Shown here: positions 47,397 through 61,008 of the stretch, in pieces
Layout of the letters: every line of letters starts with the position of its first letter
Numbering within the stretch: the stretch's first letter is position 1
Assembly: GCF_003334315.1 (NCBI RefSeq)
Contig: NZ_QOWR01000005.1
DNA length: 64,000 nucleotides
Origin: Escherichia coli
GTDB taxonomy: Bacteria; Pseudomonadota; Gammaproteobacteria; Enterobacterales; Enterobacteriaceae
Reading direction: 5' to 3' (one strand)
Translations under genes and position numbers: made by a program
The notes under the pieces: model-generated
Databases searched by the model: none
What the model was told of the DNA's origin: nothing
Seen by the model: the letters and a program-made list of their open reading frames with translations, nothing else

Positions 47397-48229
47397 TGTT
47401 TGCAGTTTCATCAAGACGCGTGCTTCCGGGCTTTACCTTAAGCCTCGGCACCAGTCTGCTGTTTGTTTGCCTGATTTTGCTCCTGCCACTCTCCGCGCTG
47501 GTGATGCAGCTGGCCCAGATGAGCTGGGCGCAGTACTGGGAGGTGATCACCAACCCGCAGGTGGTCGCAGCCTACAAAGTGACGCTGCTGTCGGCGTTTG
47601 TGGCATCGATTTTTAACGGCGTTTTCGGTCTGCTGATGGCGTGGATCTTAACTCGTTATCGCTTCCCTGGCCGCACGCTGCTTGATGCGCTGATGGATTT
47701 ACCCTTTGCGCTGCCAACGGCAGTCGCCGGTTTAACGCTGGCCTCGCTCTTTTCCGTGAACGGTTTTTACGGTGAATGGCTGGCGAAGTTTGATATCAAA
47801 GTCACCTACACCTGGCTTGGGATTGCGGTGGCGATGGCCTTTACCAGCATTCCGTTTGTGGTGCGTACCGTGCAGCCGGTGCTGGAAGAGTTAGGCCCGG
47901 AATATGAAGAAGCGGCGGAAACGCTTGGTGCAACGCGCTGGCAGAGTTTCTGCAAAGTGGTGCTGCCGGAACTTTCTCCGGCGCTGGTGGCGGGTGTGGC
48001 GTTGTCGTTTACCCGTAGTCTTGGTGAGTTTGGCGCGGTGATATTTATCGCCGGGAACATCGCCTGGAAGACGGAAGTGACGTCGCTGATGATTTTTGTG
48101 CGCTTGCAGGAGTTTGATTACCCGGCGGCGAGCGCGATTGCTTCGGTGATCCTCGCGGCATCTCTGCTGCTGCTGTTCTCAATTAACACTCTGCAAAGTC
48201 GCTTTGGTCGGCGTGTGGTAGGTCATTAA
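47396..48229 (+). CDS. cysU: Sulfate/thiosulfate ABC permease CysU (CysT)
   Basis: 277 aa; TAATG overlap with cysP. Confidence 0.92.
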   Translation: MFAVSSRRVLPGFTLSLGTSLLFVCLILLLPLSALVMQLAQMSWAQYWEVITNPQVVAAYKVTLLSAFVASIFNGVFGLLMAWILTRYRFPGRTLLDALMDLPFALPTAVAGLTLASLFSVNGFYGEWLAKFDIKVTYTWLGIAVAMAFTSIPFVVRTVQPVLEELGPEYEEAAETLGATRWQSFCKVVLPELSPALVAGVALSFTRSLGEFGAVIFIAGNIAWKTEVTSLMIFVRLQEFDYPAASAIASVILAASLLLLFSINTLQSRFGRRVVGH

Positions 48230-49104
48230 TGGCGGAAGTTACCCAATTGAAGCGTTATGACGCGCGCCCGATTAACTGGGGCAAATGGTTTCTAATTGGC
48301 ATCGGGATGCTGGTTTCGGCGTTCATCCTGCTGGTGCCGATGATTTATATCTTCGTACAGGCGTTCAGCAAAGGGCTGATGCCGGTTTTACAGAATCTGG
48401 CCGATCCGGATATGCTGCACGCCATCTGGCTGACGGTGATGATCGCGCTGATTGCCGTACCGGTAAACCTGGTGTTCGGCATTCTGCTGGCCTGGCTGGT
48501 GACGCGCTTTAACTTCCCTGGACGCCAGTTACTGCTGACGCTACTGGACATTCCGTTTGCCGTATCGCCGGTGGTTGCCGGTCTGGTGTATCTGCTGTTC
48601 TACGGCTCTAACGGCCCGCTGGGCGGTTGGCTGGATGAACATAATCTGCAAATTATGTTCTCCTGGCCGGGAATGGTGCTGGTCACCATCTTCGTGACGT
48701 GTCCGTTTGTGGTGCGCGAACTGGTGCCGGTGATGTTAAGCCAGGGCAGTCAGGAAGACGAGGCGGCGATTTTGCTTGGCGCGTCTGGCTGGCAGATGTT
48801 CCGTCGTGTCACATTGCCGAACATCCGCTGGGCGCTGCTTTATGGCGTAGTGCTGACCAACGCCCGCGCGATTGGCGAGTTTGGCGCGGTGTCGGTGGTT
48901 TCCGGCTCGATTCGCGGCGAAACACTTTCGCTGCCGTTACAGATTGAATTGCTGGAGCAGGACTACAACACCGTCGGCTCCTTTACTGCCGCCGCGCTGT
49001 TGACGCTGATGGCGATTATCACCCTGTTTTTAAAGAGTATGTTGCAGTGGCGCCTGGAGAATCAGGAAAAACGCGCGCAGCAGGAGGAACATCATGAGCA
49101 TTGA
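48229..49104 (+). CDS. cysW: Sulfate/thiosulfate ABC permease CysW
   Basis: 291 aa; TAATG overlap with cysU. Confidence 0.92.
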   Translation: MAEVTQLKRYDARPINWGKWFLIGIGMLVSAFILLVPMIYIFVQAFSKGLMPVLQNLADPDMLHAIWLTVMIALIAVPVNLVFGILLAWLVTRFNFPGRQLLLTLLDIPFAVSPVVAGLVYLLFYGSNGPLGGWLDEHNLQIMFSWPGMVLVTIFVTCPFVVRELVPVMLSQGSQEDEAAILLGASGWQMFRRVTLPNIRWALLYGVVLTNARAIGEFGAVSVVSGSIRGETLSLPLQIELLEQDYNTVGSFTAAALLTLMAIITLFLKSMLQWRLENQEKRAQQEEHHEH

Positions 49105-50191
49105 GATTGCCAATATTAAGAAGTCTTTTGGTCGCACCCAGGTGCTGAACGATATCTCACTGGATATTCCTTCAGGTCAGATGGCCGCGTTGCTGGGGCC
49201 GTCCGGTTCCGGGAAAACCACGCTGCTGCGCATTATCGCCGGGCTGGAGCATCAAACCAGCGGGCATATTCGCTTCCACGGCACCGACGTGAGCCGCCTG
49301 CACGCGCGCGATCGTAAAGTCGGTTTCGTGTTCCAGCATTACGCGCTGTTCCGCCATATGACGGTATTCGACAATATCGCTTTTGGCCTGACGGTGCTGC
49401 CGCGTCGCGAGCGCCCGAATGCCACAGCCATCAAAGCGAAAGTGACAAAATTGCTGGAAATGATCCAGCTTGCGCATCTGGCGGATCGTTATCCGGCGCA
49501 GCTTTCCGGCGGCCAGAAACAGCGTGTGGCGCTGGCGCGCGCGCTGGCTGTAGAACCGCAAATTCTGCTGCTTGATGAACCGTTTGGCGCGCTGGATGCG
49601 CAGGTGCGTAAAGAGCTGCGTCGCTGGCTGCGTCAACTGCATGAAGAGCTGAAATTCACCAGCGTGTTTGTGACCCACGACCAGGAAGAGGCGACCGAAG
49701 TAGCCGATCGTGTAGTGGTGATGAGTCAGGGGAATATTGAACAGGCTGATGCGCCGAATCAGGTATGGCGCGAACCAGCGACCCGTTTTGTACTCGAATT
49801 TATGGGCGAAGTGAACCGCCTGCAGGGAACCATTCGCGGCGGGCAGTTCCATGTTGGCGCACATCGCTGGCCGCTGGGCTACACACCTGCTTATCAGGGG
49901 CCGGTGGATCTCTTCCTGCGCCCGTGGGAAGTGGATATCAGCCGCCGTACCAGTCTCGATTCGCCGCTGCCGGTACAGGTACTGGAAGCCAGCCCGAAAG
50001 GTCACTACACCCAATTAGTGGTGCAGCCGCTGGGGTGGTACAACGAACCGCTGACGGTCGTGATGCATGGCGACGATGCCCCGCAGCGTGGCGAGCGTTT
50101 ATTCGTTGGTCTGCAACATGCGCGGCTGTATAACGGCGACGAGCGTATCGAAACCCGCGATGAGGAACTTGCTCTCGCACAAAGCGCCTGA
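49094..50191 (+). CDS. cysA: Sulfate/thiosulfate ABC transporter ATPase CysA
   Basis: 365 aa; Walker [10 protein letters not shown], signature LSGGQKQR, Walker B LLLDEPF; overlaps cysW by 11 nt. Confidence 0.93.
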   Translation: MSIEIANIKKSFGRTQVLNDISLDIPSGQMAALLGPSGSGKTTLLRIIAGLEHQTSGHIRFHGTDVSRLHARDRKVGFVFQHYALFRHMTVFDNIAFGLTVLPRRERPNATAIKAKVTKLLEMIQLAHLADRYPAQLSGGQKQRVALARALAVEPQILLLDEPFGALDAQVRKELRRWLRQLHEELKFTSVFVTHDQEEATEVADRVVVMSQGNIEQADAPNQVWREPATRFVLEFMGEVNRLQGTIRGGQFHVGAHRWPLGYTPAYQGPVDLFLRPWEVDISRRTSLDSPLPVQVLEASPKGHYTQLVVQPLGWYNEPLTVVMHGDDAPQRGERLFVGLQHARLYNGDERIETRDEELALAQSA

Positions 50192-50212
50192 TAGGTTGAG
50201 TGAATGTTAAAC

Positions 50213-50301
50213 GCCCGGAGGCGCTTCCCGCGATCCGGGCTTTTTAATGGCAAGGTTTGTAACCTGTAGACCTGATAAGACGCGCAAGCGTCGCATCAGG
50301 C
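50213..50301 (+). terminator. Terminator-like hairpin plus REP between cysA and cysM
   Basis: cccgga...tccggg stem followed by cttttta (about 50213-50245); REP gtagacctgataagacgcgcaagcgtcgcatcaggc (about 50265-50301). Confidence 0.6.
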
Positions 50302-50324
50302 AACACCACGTATGGATAGAGATC

Positions 50325-51236
50325 GTGAGTACATTAGAACAAACAATAGGCAATACGCCTCTGGTGAAGTTGCAGCGAATGGGGCCGGATAACGGCAGTG
50401 AAGTGTGGTTAAAACTGGAAGGCAATAACCCGGCAGGTTCGGTGAAAGATCGTGCGGCACTTTCGATGATCGTCGAGGCGGAAAAGCGCGGGGAAATTAA
50501 ACCGGGTGATGTCTTAATCGAAGCCACCAGTGGTAACACCGGCATTGCGCTGGCAATGATTGCCGCGCTGAAAGGCTATCGCATGAAATTGCTGATGCCC
50601 GACAACATGAGCCAGGAACGCCGTGCGGCGATGCGTGCTTATGGTGCGGAACTGATTCTTGTCACCAAAGAGCAGGGCATGGAAGGTGCGCGCGATCTGG
50701 CGCTGGAGATGGCGAATCGTGGCGAAGGAAAGCTGCTCGATCAGTTTAATAATCCCGATAACCCTTACGCCCATTACACCACTACCGGGCCGGAAATCTG
50801 GCAGCAAACCGGCGGGCGCATTACCCATTTTGTCTCCAGCATGGGAACAACCGGCACTATCACCGGCGTTTCACGCTTTATGCGCGAACAATCCAAACCA
50901 GTAACGATTGTTGGCCTGCAGCCGGAAGAAGGCAGCAGTATTCCCGGCATTCGCCGCTGGCCTGCGGAATATCTGCCGGGGATTTTCAACGCTTCTCTGG
51001 TGGATGAGGTGCTGGATATTCATCAGCGCGATGCAGAAAACACCATGCGCGAACTGGCAGTGCGGGAAGGAATATTCTGTGGCGTCAGCTCCGGCGGCGC
51101 GGTTGCCGGAGCACTGCGGGTGGCAAAAGCTAACCCTGGTGCGGTGGTGGTAGCGATCATCTGCGATCGTGGCGATCGCTACCTTTCCACCGGGGTGTTT
51201 GGGGAAGAGCATTTTAGCCAGGGGGCGGGGATTTAA
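50325..51236 (+). CDS. cysM: Cysteine synthase B (O-acetylserine sulfhydrylase B)
   Basis: 303 aa from GTG 50325 (MSTLEQTIGNTPLVKL...); PLP lysine motif SVKDR; ORF track extends 26 codons upstream. Confidence 0.9.
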   Translation: MSTLEQTIGNTPLVKLQRMGPDNGSEVWLKLEGNNPAGSVKDRAALSMIVEAEKRGEIKPGDVLIEATSGNTGIALAMIAALKGYRMKLLMPDNMSQERRAAMRAYGAELILVTKEQGMEGARDLALEMANRGEGKLLDQFNNPDNPYAHYTTTGPEIWQQTGGRITHFVSSMGTTGTITGVSRFMREQSKPVTIVGLQPEEGSSIPGIRRWPAEYLPGIFNASLVDEVLDIHQRDAENTMRELAVREGIFCGVSSGGAVAGALRVAKANPGAVVVAIICDRGDRYLSTGVFGEEHFSQGAGI

Positions 51237-51238
51237 GA

Positions 51239-51607
51239 TTATTGCGCAGGCACCGTTTTATCCGTCTGCGCAATTAGCGCATGTAAAAAAGGCTGTGCGT
51301 TCTCATCGCTCTTACCGGGGATCTTCACAATATACGGCTTCCCGGTAATCGATGACGACGAAGCAACCTTATCAATAAACTGCTCGGCAGTGTCAATGCG
51401 GTTACGGGTATTGCCGAGCTTCAGACGCAGATGAGAAACCGCTTCATAGCAGGTATGTTCATCACCGTTGCGCACAAATATCAAATCCTTTTTCTGTGCT
51501 AATCCCTCCAGCATGGCGTTGATGCGGGCTTCTTCATGGGCAGTTAACTTCGCGTAAACGGGGAGTGTCATTAGTAGTGTAATGACCAGACAAATGATTT
51601 TCTTCAT
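51239..51607 (-). CDS. yfeK: Secreted protein YfeK
   Basis: 122 aa; signal peptide ([19 protein letters not shown]); stop 2 bp from the convergent cysM stop. Confidence 0.75.
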   Translation of the reverse strand: MKKIICLVITLLMTLPVYAKLTAHEEARINAMLEGLAQKKDLIFVRNGDEHTCYEAVSHLRLKLGNTRNRIDTAEQFIDKVASSSSITGKPYIVKIPGKSDENAQPFLHALIAQTDKTVPAQ

Positions 51608-51632
51608 TGAATTACCTTATCCTTGTTTTGTG

Positions 51633-51675
<43 letters not shown>

Positions 51676-51711
51676 TTACGATGAGGATCATCGGCAAGGA
51701 GAAAAAATTAA

Positions 51712-52563
51712 ATGAGTAGTTTGTTGTTGTTTAACGATAAGAGTAGGGCACTGCAGGCGGATATCGTCGCCGTGCAGTCGCAGGTGGTTTACGGCAGCGT
51801 GGGCAACAGCATTGCCGTGCCTGCTATCAAACAGAACGGCCTGAATGTCTTTGCCGTGCCGACGGTATTGCTGAGCAATACGCCGCATTATGACACTTTC
51901 TACGGTGGTGCGATTCCGGACGAATGGTTTAGCGGCTATTTGCGTGCGCTTCAGGAGCGTGATGCGCTGCGCCAACTTCGTGCTGTAACCACGGGCTATA
52001 TGGGAACGGCATCGCAAATCAAAATCCTTGCCGAGTGGCTGACTGCGCTACGCAAAGACCATCCTGACCTATTGATCATGGTCGATCCGGTGATTGGCGA
52101 TATTGATAGCGGAATTTATGTCAAACCTGACCTTCCCGAAGCGTATCGACAATATTTACTGCCGCTGGCGCAGGGAATTACCCCCAATATCTTTGAGTTG
52201 GAAATCCTGACCGGTAAAAATTGCCGCGATCTCGACAGTGCCATTGCTGCCGCAAAAAGTCTGCTTTCAGACACATTAAAATGGGTGGTGGTTACCAGCG
52301 CCTCCGGTAATGAAGAAAATCAGGAGATGCAGGTTGTGGTGGTCACTGCCGACAGCGTGAATGTCATTTCCCATTCACGGGTAAAAACCGACCTGAAAGG
52401 GACTGGCGACCTGTTTTGTGCTCAGCTCATCAGTGGCTTGCTGAAAGGGAAGGCGTTAACCGATGCAGTGCACCGAGCGGGGTTGCGCGTACTGGAAGTG
52501 ATGCGCTACACCCAGCAGCATGAGAGCGATGAATTGATTTTGCCGCCGCTGGCGGAAGCATAA
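51712..52563 (+). CDS. pdxK: Pyridoxine/pyridoxal/pyridoxamine kinase
   Basis: 283 aa; ribokinase-superfamily PdxK sequence. Confidence 0.9.
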   Translation: MSSLLLFNDKSRALQADIVAVQSQVVYGSVGNSIAVPAIKQNGLNVFAVPTVLLSNTPHYDTFYGGAIPDEWFSGYLRALQERDALRQLRAVTTGYMGTASQIKILAEWLTALRKDHPDLLIMVDPVIGDIDSGIYVKPDLPEAYRQYLLPLAQGITPNIFELEILTGKNCRDLDSAIAAAKSLLSDTLKWVVVTSASGNEENQEMQVVVVTADSVNVISHSRVKTDLKGTGDLFCAQLISGLLKGKALTDAVHRAGLRVLEVMRYTQQHESDELILPPLAEA

Positions 52564-52594
52564 AAAAATGGCGCCGATGGGCGCCATTTTTCAC
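52562..52594. terminator. Bidirectional Rho-independent terminator between convergent pdxK and crr
   Basis: aaaaaaa-tggcgcc-gatg-ggcgcca-ttttt. Confidence 0.85.
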
Positions 52595-52605
52595 TGCGGC
52601 AAGAA

Positions 52606-53115
52606 TTACTTCTTGATGCGGATAACCGGGGTTTCACCCACGGTTACGCTACCGGACAGTTTGATCAGTTCTTTGATTTCGTCCATGTTGGAGATAACAA
52701 CCGGAGTCAGGGTAGACTTGGCTTTCTCTTCCAGCAGCGGCAGATCAAATTCAATGACAGTATCGCCAACTTTCACGCGCTGACCTTCTTCAGCAATACG
52801 CTTGAAGCCTTCGCCTTTCAGTTCAACGGTGTCGATACCGAAGTGGACGAACAGTTCAACGCCGCTATCAGATTCGATAGAGAATGCGTGGTTGGTTTCA
52901 AAGATTTTACCAATGGTGCCGTCTACTGGCGCGACCATTTTGTTACCCGTTGGTTTGATAGCAATACCATCACCAACGATTTTTTCCGCAAAAACGACAT
53001 CCGGCACGTCTTCGATATTGACGATCTCGCCAGAGAGCGGAGCAATGATCTCAATAGTTCCGGTATCCTTCTTGTCGTCGGAAACCAGAGATTTCAGTTT
53101 ATCGAACAAACCCAT
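52606..53115 (-). CDS. crr: PTS glucose-specific EIIA (Crr)
   Basis: 169 aa; EIIA-Glc sequence. Confidence 0.95.
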
Positions 53116-53155
53116 GATCTTCTCCTAAGCAGTAAATTGGGCCGCATCTCGTGGA

Positions 53156-54883
53156 TTAGCAGATTGTTTTTTCTTCAATGAACTTGTTAACCAGCGTCAT
53201 TAACTCGTCCGTTGTCGGTTGAGCAAGAGCCTGCTCTGCTAACACCTTCGCATCTTCGAAGTTCGTGTTACGGATAATCTTCTTAATGCGCGGGATAGAA
53301 ATGGCGCTCATAGAGAATTCGTCCAGACCCATCCCCAGCAACAGAAGTGTAGCACGTTCATCGCCAGCAAGCTCACCACACATGCCAGTCCATTTGCCTT
53401 CAGCATGAGAAGCATCAATAACTTGCTTGATCAAGTTCAGCACGGACGGTGACATTGGCTGGTAAAGGTGTGAAATCATATCATTACCACGGTCAACTGC
53501 CAGAGTGTACTGCGTTAAATCATTGGTGCCGATACTAAAGAAATCAACTTCTTTGGCTAAATGACGTGCAATTGTTGCGGCAGCCGGTGTTTCCACCATT
53601 ACGCCGATTTCAATTGACTCGTCAAACGCTTTACCTTCGTCGCGCAGTTCCTGTTTGTAGATTTCGATCTCTTTGCGCAGTGCACGCACTTCTTCAACAG
53701 AGATGATCATCGGGAACATAATGCGCAATTTACCGAAAGCCGAGGCACGCAGGATAGCGCGGAGCTGATCGCGCAGGATCTCTCTACGATCCATCGCGAT
53801 ACGGATAGCGCGCCAGCCGAGGAACGGGTTCTCTTCTTTCGGGAAGTTCATGTATGGCAGCTCTTTGTCGCCGCCGATGTCCATGGTACGAACGATAACC
53901 GCTTGCGAGCCACACGCTTCAGCCACTGCTTTGTAAGCAGCAAACTGTTCTTCTTCAGTGGGCAGTGCGTCGCGGTCCATGAACAGGAACTCAGTACGAT
54001 ACAGACCAACGCCTTCAGCGCCGTTACGCTCTGCACCTTCAACGTCACGAACCGTACCAATGTTAGCGCATACTTCTACCTGGTGACCGTCCAGCGTAAT
54101 AGCTGGCAGATCTTTCAGTTTAGCAAGCTCTGCTTTTTCAGAAGCCACTTGCTCCTGAACAGCGCGCATTTTATCAATAACTTCGTTGGTTGGATTGACG
54201 TAAACCTGATTATTTACGGCATCCAGAATCAGATAGTCGTCATTTTTCACCTGAGAGGTGACGCTACCGGTACCCACGATAGCAGGTAGTTCCAGAGAAC
54301 GCGCCATGATAGAGGTGTGGGAAGTACGGCCACCCGCGTCGGTGATGAAACCCAGCACCTTCTTCAGGTTCAGCTGTGCGGTTTCGGACGGCGTCAGGTC
54401 AGCGGCAACCAGAATGACTTCATCCTGAATGGCGCTCAGGTCGATAATCTTCAGGCCCAGGATGTTGCGCAGCAGGCGCTTACCGATATCACGTACGTCA
54501 GCCGCACGTTCTTTCAGGTATTCATCATCCAGCTCTTCCAGGGCAGAAGCCTGACCTTCGATAACTTCATGAGCAGCTGCGTCAGCTGTCATGTGCTTAT
54601 CTTTAATCAGGGCTATGATTTCCTGCTCCAGCTCCTCATCTTCGAGCAGCATAATATGCCCTTCAAAGATGGCTTCTTTTTCTTCACCGAACGTTTCACC
54701 AGCTTTCGTTTTGATCGTTTCCAGCTGGGCTGATGCCTTGGCACGACCGCTCAGAAAACGTTCAACTTCCTGATCAACCTGGTCGGCAGAAATTTTTTTC
54801 CGGTCAATGACAATTTCGTCTTCTTTCAGAAGCAGAGCTTTACCGAAAGCGATACCCGGGGATGCTAAAATGCCTGAAATCAT
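53156..54883 (-). CDS. ptsI: PTS Enzyme I
   Basis: 575 aa; PEP-utilising enzyme with active-site His region ([12 protein letters not shown]). Confidence 0.95.
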   Translation of the reverse strand: MISGILASPGIAFGKALLLKEDEIVIDRKKISADQVDQEVERFLSGRAKASAQLETIKTKAGETFGEEKEAIFEGHIMLLEDEELEQEIIALIKDKHMTADAAAHEVIEGQASALEELDDEYLKERAADVRDIGKRLLRNILGLKIIDLSAIQDEVILVAADLTPSETAQLNLKKVLGFITDAGGRTSHTSIMARSLELPAIVGTGSVTSQVKNDDYLILDAVNNQVYVNPTNEVIDKMRAVQEQVASEKAELAKLKDLPAITLDGHQVEVCANIGTVRDVEGAERNGAEGVGLYRTEFLFMDRDALPTEEEQFAAYKAVAEACGSQAVIVRTMDIGGDKELPYMNFPKEENPFLGWRAIRIAMDRREILRDQLRAILRASAFGKLRIMFPMIISVEEVRALRKEIEIYKQELRDEGKAFDESIEIGVMVETPAAATIARHLAKEVDFFSIGTNDLTQYTLAVDRGNDMISHLYQPMSPSVLNLIKQVIDASHAEGKWTGMCGELAGDERATLLLLGMGLDEFSMSAISIPRIKKIIRNTNFEDAKVLAEQALAQPTTDELMTLVNKFIEEKTIC

Positions 54884-54927
54884 AACCCTACCTTACTTGT
54901 GACTGATTTTTAAAAGAACCCGGGAAA

Positions 54928-55185
54928 TTACTCGAGTTCCGCCATCAGTTTAACCAGATGTTCAACCGCTTTCTGCTCGTCTTCGCCTTCTGCGGAGATA
55001 GTCACAACGGTACCTTGAGTCAGGCCCAGAGTCTGCAGTTTAAACAGGCTTTTCGCGCTGGCGCTTTTGCCGTTGGAAGTCACAGTAATTTCAGAAGTGA
55101 AGCCCTTAGCTTCTTTTACAAACTGGGCAGCAGGGCGGGTGTGCAGACCGTTCGGAGCGGTAATGGTAACTTCTTGCTGGAACAT
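54928..55185 (-). CDS. ptsH: Phosphocarrier protein HPr
   Basis: 85 aa; His15 motif GLHTRPAA. Confidence 0.95.
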
Positions 55186-55189
55186 TGTA

Positions 55190-55510
55190 TTTCCCCAACT
55201 TATAGGTTTAGTGTTGTGGAACTAAAGTCTAGCCTGGCGGTTCGACTTTAGCCTGTATTGTTAGCGCCAGTTTTTAACAGACGCGACGCACGAAGAGCGC
55301 AATACAGTCCATTGCTGGCGGGTGTTGACCGCTGACGTTTCGTACGTCATTAAACATTATGCCGCTAAAGGAAGAATTGAACCAAATCATAAAATCGATT
55401 CAGCTTTGGCTTTTCCTGTAACGATTAATTTCGCGCATCAAAATAATTAGTCTGGTTAAATACCAGTTCCGACAGGCTGAATCAATGCCAGGAGGGGCGA
55501 AAGTTTGAAG
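55190..55510 (-). promoter_or_regulatory. ptsHI promoter region
   Basis: about 320 bp non-coding AT-rich region upstream of ptsH; individual promoters and CRP sites not resolved by eye. Confidence 0.45.
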
Positions 55511-55517
55511 CAGGCCA

Positions 55518-55546
55518 CAAAAAAGCACCTAAAAAGGTGCTTTTTT
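55518..55546 (-). terminator. cysK Rho-independent terminator (bidirectional geometry)
   Basis: aaaaaa-gcacc-taaaaa-ggtgc-tttttt just downstream of the cysK stop. Confidence 0.8.
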
Positions 55547-55568
55547 ACGCATTTTTAACAAGCTGGCA

Positions 55569-56540
55569 TTACTGTTGCAATTCTTTCTCAGTGAAGAGAT
55601 CGGCAAACAATGCGGTGCTTAAATAACGCTCACCCGATGATGGTAGAATAACCACAATATTCTTGTTGGTAAAGCTTTCATCTTCTTGTAGTTTCAACGC
55701 CGCGGCAACAGCTGCTCCAGAAGAGATACCTGCAAGAATACCTTCTTCTTCCATCAGACGACGCGCGGTAGAAATCGCTTCTTCATTGGTGATGCCAATG
55801 ACTTTATCGACCAGCTTGAGATCGAGGTTAGCCGGGATAAAACCAGCGCCAATACCCTGAATTTTATGCGGGCCAGGTTTAATCTCTTCACCTGCCAGCG
55901 CCTGGGCGATAACTGGAGAATCGGTTGGCTCAACGGCGACAGAGATAAGATCGGTCTTGCCTTTGGTGCCTTTAATGTAGCGGCTGACGCCAGTCAGCGT
56001 ACCGCCAGTCCCAACGCCAGCAATAAATACATCAACCTGACCGTCGGTATCTTCCCATATCTCCGGACCGGTGGTCTTTTCGTGAATTTCAGGGTTTGCC
56101 GGATTGCTGAATTGTTGCAGCAGCAGGTATTTCTCTGGATTGCTGGCGACAATTTCTTCTGCTTTTTGGATTGCGCCTTTCATGCCTTTAGCACCTTCCG
56201 TCAGCACCAGGTTTGCACCTAACGCTTTCAGCAGCTTGCGGCGTTCAATACTCATGGTTTCTGGCATGGTCAGGGTGAGTTTGTAACCGCGAGCGGCAGC
56301 TACATAGGCCAGTGCAATCCCGGTATTACCGCTGGTCGGTTCAACCAGTTCAACGCCTGGTTTCAGCACGCCGCGCTTTTCGGCATCCCAAATCATGTTG
56401 GCACCGATACGGCACTTAACGCTGAAGCTGGGGTTACGAGATTCCACCTTCGCCAGAATGCGTCCGTTACCGATGCGATTCAGGCGAACCAGCGGCGTGT
56501 GACCGATAGTCAGCGAGTTATCTTCAAAAATCTTACTCAT
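55569..56540 (-). CDS. cysK: Cysteine synthase A (O-acetylserine sulfhydrylase A)
   Basis: 323 aa; PLP lysine motif SVKCR. Confidence 0.95.
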   Translation of the reverse strand: MSKIFEDNSLTIGHTPLVRLNRIGNGRILAKVESRNPSFSVKCRIGANMIWDAEKRGVLKPGVELVEPTSGNTGIALAYVAAARGYKLTLTMPETMSIERRKLLKALGANLVLTEGAKGMKGAIQKAEEIVASNPEKYLLLQQFSNPANPEIHEKTTGPEIWEDTDGQVDVFIAGVGTGGTLTGVSRYIKGTKGKTDLISVAVEPTDSPVIAQALAGEEIKPGPHKIQGIGAGFIPANLDLKLVDKVIGITNEEAISTARRLMEEEGILAGISSGAAVAAALKLQEDESFTNKNIVVILPSSGERYLSTALFADLFTEKELQQ

Positions 56541-56724
56541 GGCCTGTCCTTAACTGTATGAAATTGGGATACAACAGGTAGCATACCCGCTCAGAGAATA
56601 TGCGGAAGTAAGGATTTAGCATATCTATATACAGAAGGGAAATAATGACATGCAAGATGGAATAAGGGGCGGCATAAGCCACCCCTGTTTCACACAAACG
56701 GTTTACAAAATAACCGGTAGATTG

Positions 56725-57486
56725 TTACCGCCACATCGCGTGTTTATCGCGATAGCAATCGACCCACATCGCCGTCGCGCCACAAACGGCAACGGGCATG
56801 ATGAACAGATTAAGCAGCGGGATCATCGTAAACAGGCTGGTTAAAGCACCAAACTGCATATTGGTGATTTTGCGTGTGCGCAGGGCGGTGCGCATCTCTT
56901 TAAACGGCACTTTGTGGTTATCGAAGGGGTAATCGCAATACTGGATGGCTAACATCCAGGCGCTAAACAGGAACCACAGTACCGGCGCGACGGTTTGCCC
57001 AATACCAGGGATGAAGTAAAGAATTAGTAATACAATTGCGCGCGGCAGATACCAGGCAAATTTTTGCCATTCGCGTTTCATGATTCGCGGCACATCTTTC
57101 ATGATACCGAAAATCCCGGTATCTGGCGGTGTAGCGCCAGTCAATCGTGCTTCCAGTTGTTCAGCCAATAAACCGTTAAACGGAGCGGCAATCCAGTTAG
57201 CAATCGTGGAGAAGAAATAGCCAAACACTAACAGCACAGAGATGACAGCCAGAGGCCACAACAGATAACTCAGCCATTGTAGCCAGTCCGGAACGTAACT
57301 CATGAGAGTCGGGATCCAGACATCGAGCTGTGTAAAGAGCCACCAGAATGCGCCCCCCATCAACAAAATATTGACCAGCAGCGGTAAAATAACGAAACGC
57401 CGAATCCCAGGTTGCGAGACGAGCTTCCAGCCTTGCGCAAAATAGTAAAAACCGCTGCGTGGGGCAGATGTGAATGATGAAACCAT
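56725..57486 (-). CDS. cysZ: Sulfate transporter CysZ
   Basis: 253 aa; polytopic membrane protein; divergent from zipA. Confidence 0.9.
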
Positions 57487-57715
57487 AATCAGGATGAGCT
57501 CCTTTTGACCAATCCCAGGAAAATTCTGCGTATTTTACCGGGTAATTGCGCAATGGACAGTTAGGATATGTTCGAAAAAACAGCAAAAAGCACGATTTCA
57601 TCTATCTTTGTGCTGTGAAAGTTAATAGTGCACTTGCACTTGAGGTAATCGGCAAATACTCTTAGTGAGTAAATGTTTGCCGTGGTGGCAAGGTGTTAGA
57701 ACAACAGAGAATATA

Positions 57716-58702
57716 ATGATGCAGGATTTGCGTCTGATATTAATCATTGTTGGCGCGATCGCCATAATCGCTTTACTGGTACATGGTTTCTGGACCAGCC
57801 GTAAAGAACGATCTTCTATGTTCCGCGATCGGCCATTAAAACGAATGAAGTCAAAACGTGACGACGATTCTTATGACGAGGATGTCGAAGATGATGAGGG
57901 CGTTGGTGAGGTTCGTGTTCACCGCGTGAATCATGCCCCGGCTAACGCTCAGGAGCATGAGGCTGCTCGTCCGTCGCCGCAACACCAGTACCAACCGCCT
58001 TATGCGTCTGCGCAGCCGCGTCAACCGGTCCAGCAGCCGCCTGAAGCGCAGGTACCGCCGCAACATGCTCCGCATCCAGCGCAGCCGGTGCAGCAGCCTG
58101 CCTATCAGCCGCAGCCTGAACAGCCGTTGCAGCAGCCAGTTTCGCCACAGGTCGCGCCAGCGCCGCAGCCTGTGCATTCAGCACCGCAACCGGCACAACA
58201 GGCTTTCCAGCCTGCAGAACCCGTAGCGGCACCACAGCCTGAGCCTGTAGCGGAACCTGCTCCAGTTATGGATAAACCGAAGCGCAAAGAAGCGGTGATT
58301 ATCATGAACGTCGCGGCGCATCACGGTAGCGAGCTAAACGGTGAACTGCTTCTTAACAGCATTCAACAAGCGGGCTTCATTTTTGGCGATATGAATATTT
58401 ACCATCGTCATCTTAGCCCGGATGGCAGCGGCCCGGCGTTATTCAGCCTGGCGAATATGGTGAAACCGGGAACCTTTGATCCTGAAATGAAGGATTTCAC
58501 TACTCCGGGTGTCACTATCTTTATGCAGGTACCGTCTTACGGTGACGAGCTGCAGAACTTCAAGCTGATGCTGCAATCTGCGCAGCATATTGCCGATGAA
58601 GTGGGCGGTGTCGTGCTTGACGATCAGCGCCGTATGATGACTCCGCAGAAATTGCGCGAGTACCAGGACATCATCCGCGAAGTCAAAGACGCCAACGCCT
58701 GA
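57716..58702 (+). CDS. zipA: Cell division protein ZipA
   Basis: 328 aa from ATG 57716 ([18 protein letters not shown]...); N-terminal TM anchor, long P/Q-rich linker, C-terminal FtsZ-binding domain. Confidence 0.92.
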
Positions 58703-58732
58703 TACACTTAAGGCAAATTAACTCCTCTTCGA

Positions 58733-58756
58733 ACCCCCGCTTGTCGGGGGTTTTTA
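58733..58756 (+). terminator. Hairpin plus T-run after zipA
   Basis: cccccgc-ttgt-cggggg-ttttt. Confidence 0.7.
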
Positions 58757-58763
58757 GCATTGA

Positions 58764-60788
<2,025 letters not shown>

Positions 60789-60789
60789 G

Positions 60790-61008
60790 ATGGAAAAAGA
60801 GCAGCTGATTGAAATAGCCAATACGATAATGCCGTTTGGCAAATACAAAGGGCGTCGCTTAATCGACCTGCCGGAGGAGTATCTGCTGTGGTTTGCCCGC
60901 AAAGATGAGTTCCCGGCAGGGAAGCTCGGTGAGCTAATGCAAATCACGCTGCTGATTAAAACCGAGGGGCTGACGCAACTGGTCCAGCCCCTGAAGCGTC
61001 CGCTTTAA
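60790..61008 (+). CDS. ypeB: Small DUF3820-family protein YpeB
   Basis: 72 aa from ATG immediately after ligA stop (MEKEQLIEIANTIMPFGKYKG...); ORF track extends upstream inside ligA. Confidence 0.75.
   Translation: MEKEQLIEIANTIMPFGKYKGRRLIDLPEEYLLWFARKDEFPAGKLGELMQITLLIKTEGLTQLVQPLKRPL

Noticed and set aside
57851-58305. Cluster of overlapping ORFs on both strands (57851-58177, 57933-58226, 57942-58235, 58105-58305) suggesting a repeat element or nested genes
   Set aside because: They sit inside the zipA P/Q-rich linker (repetitive CAG/CCG-rich codons); the low-complexity coding sequence yields stop-free frames in several phases, not separate genes.
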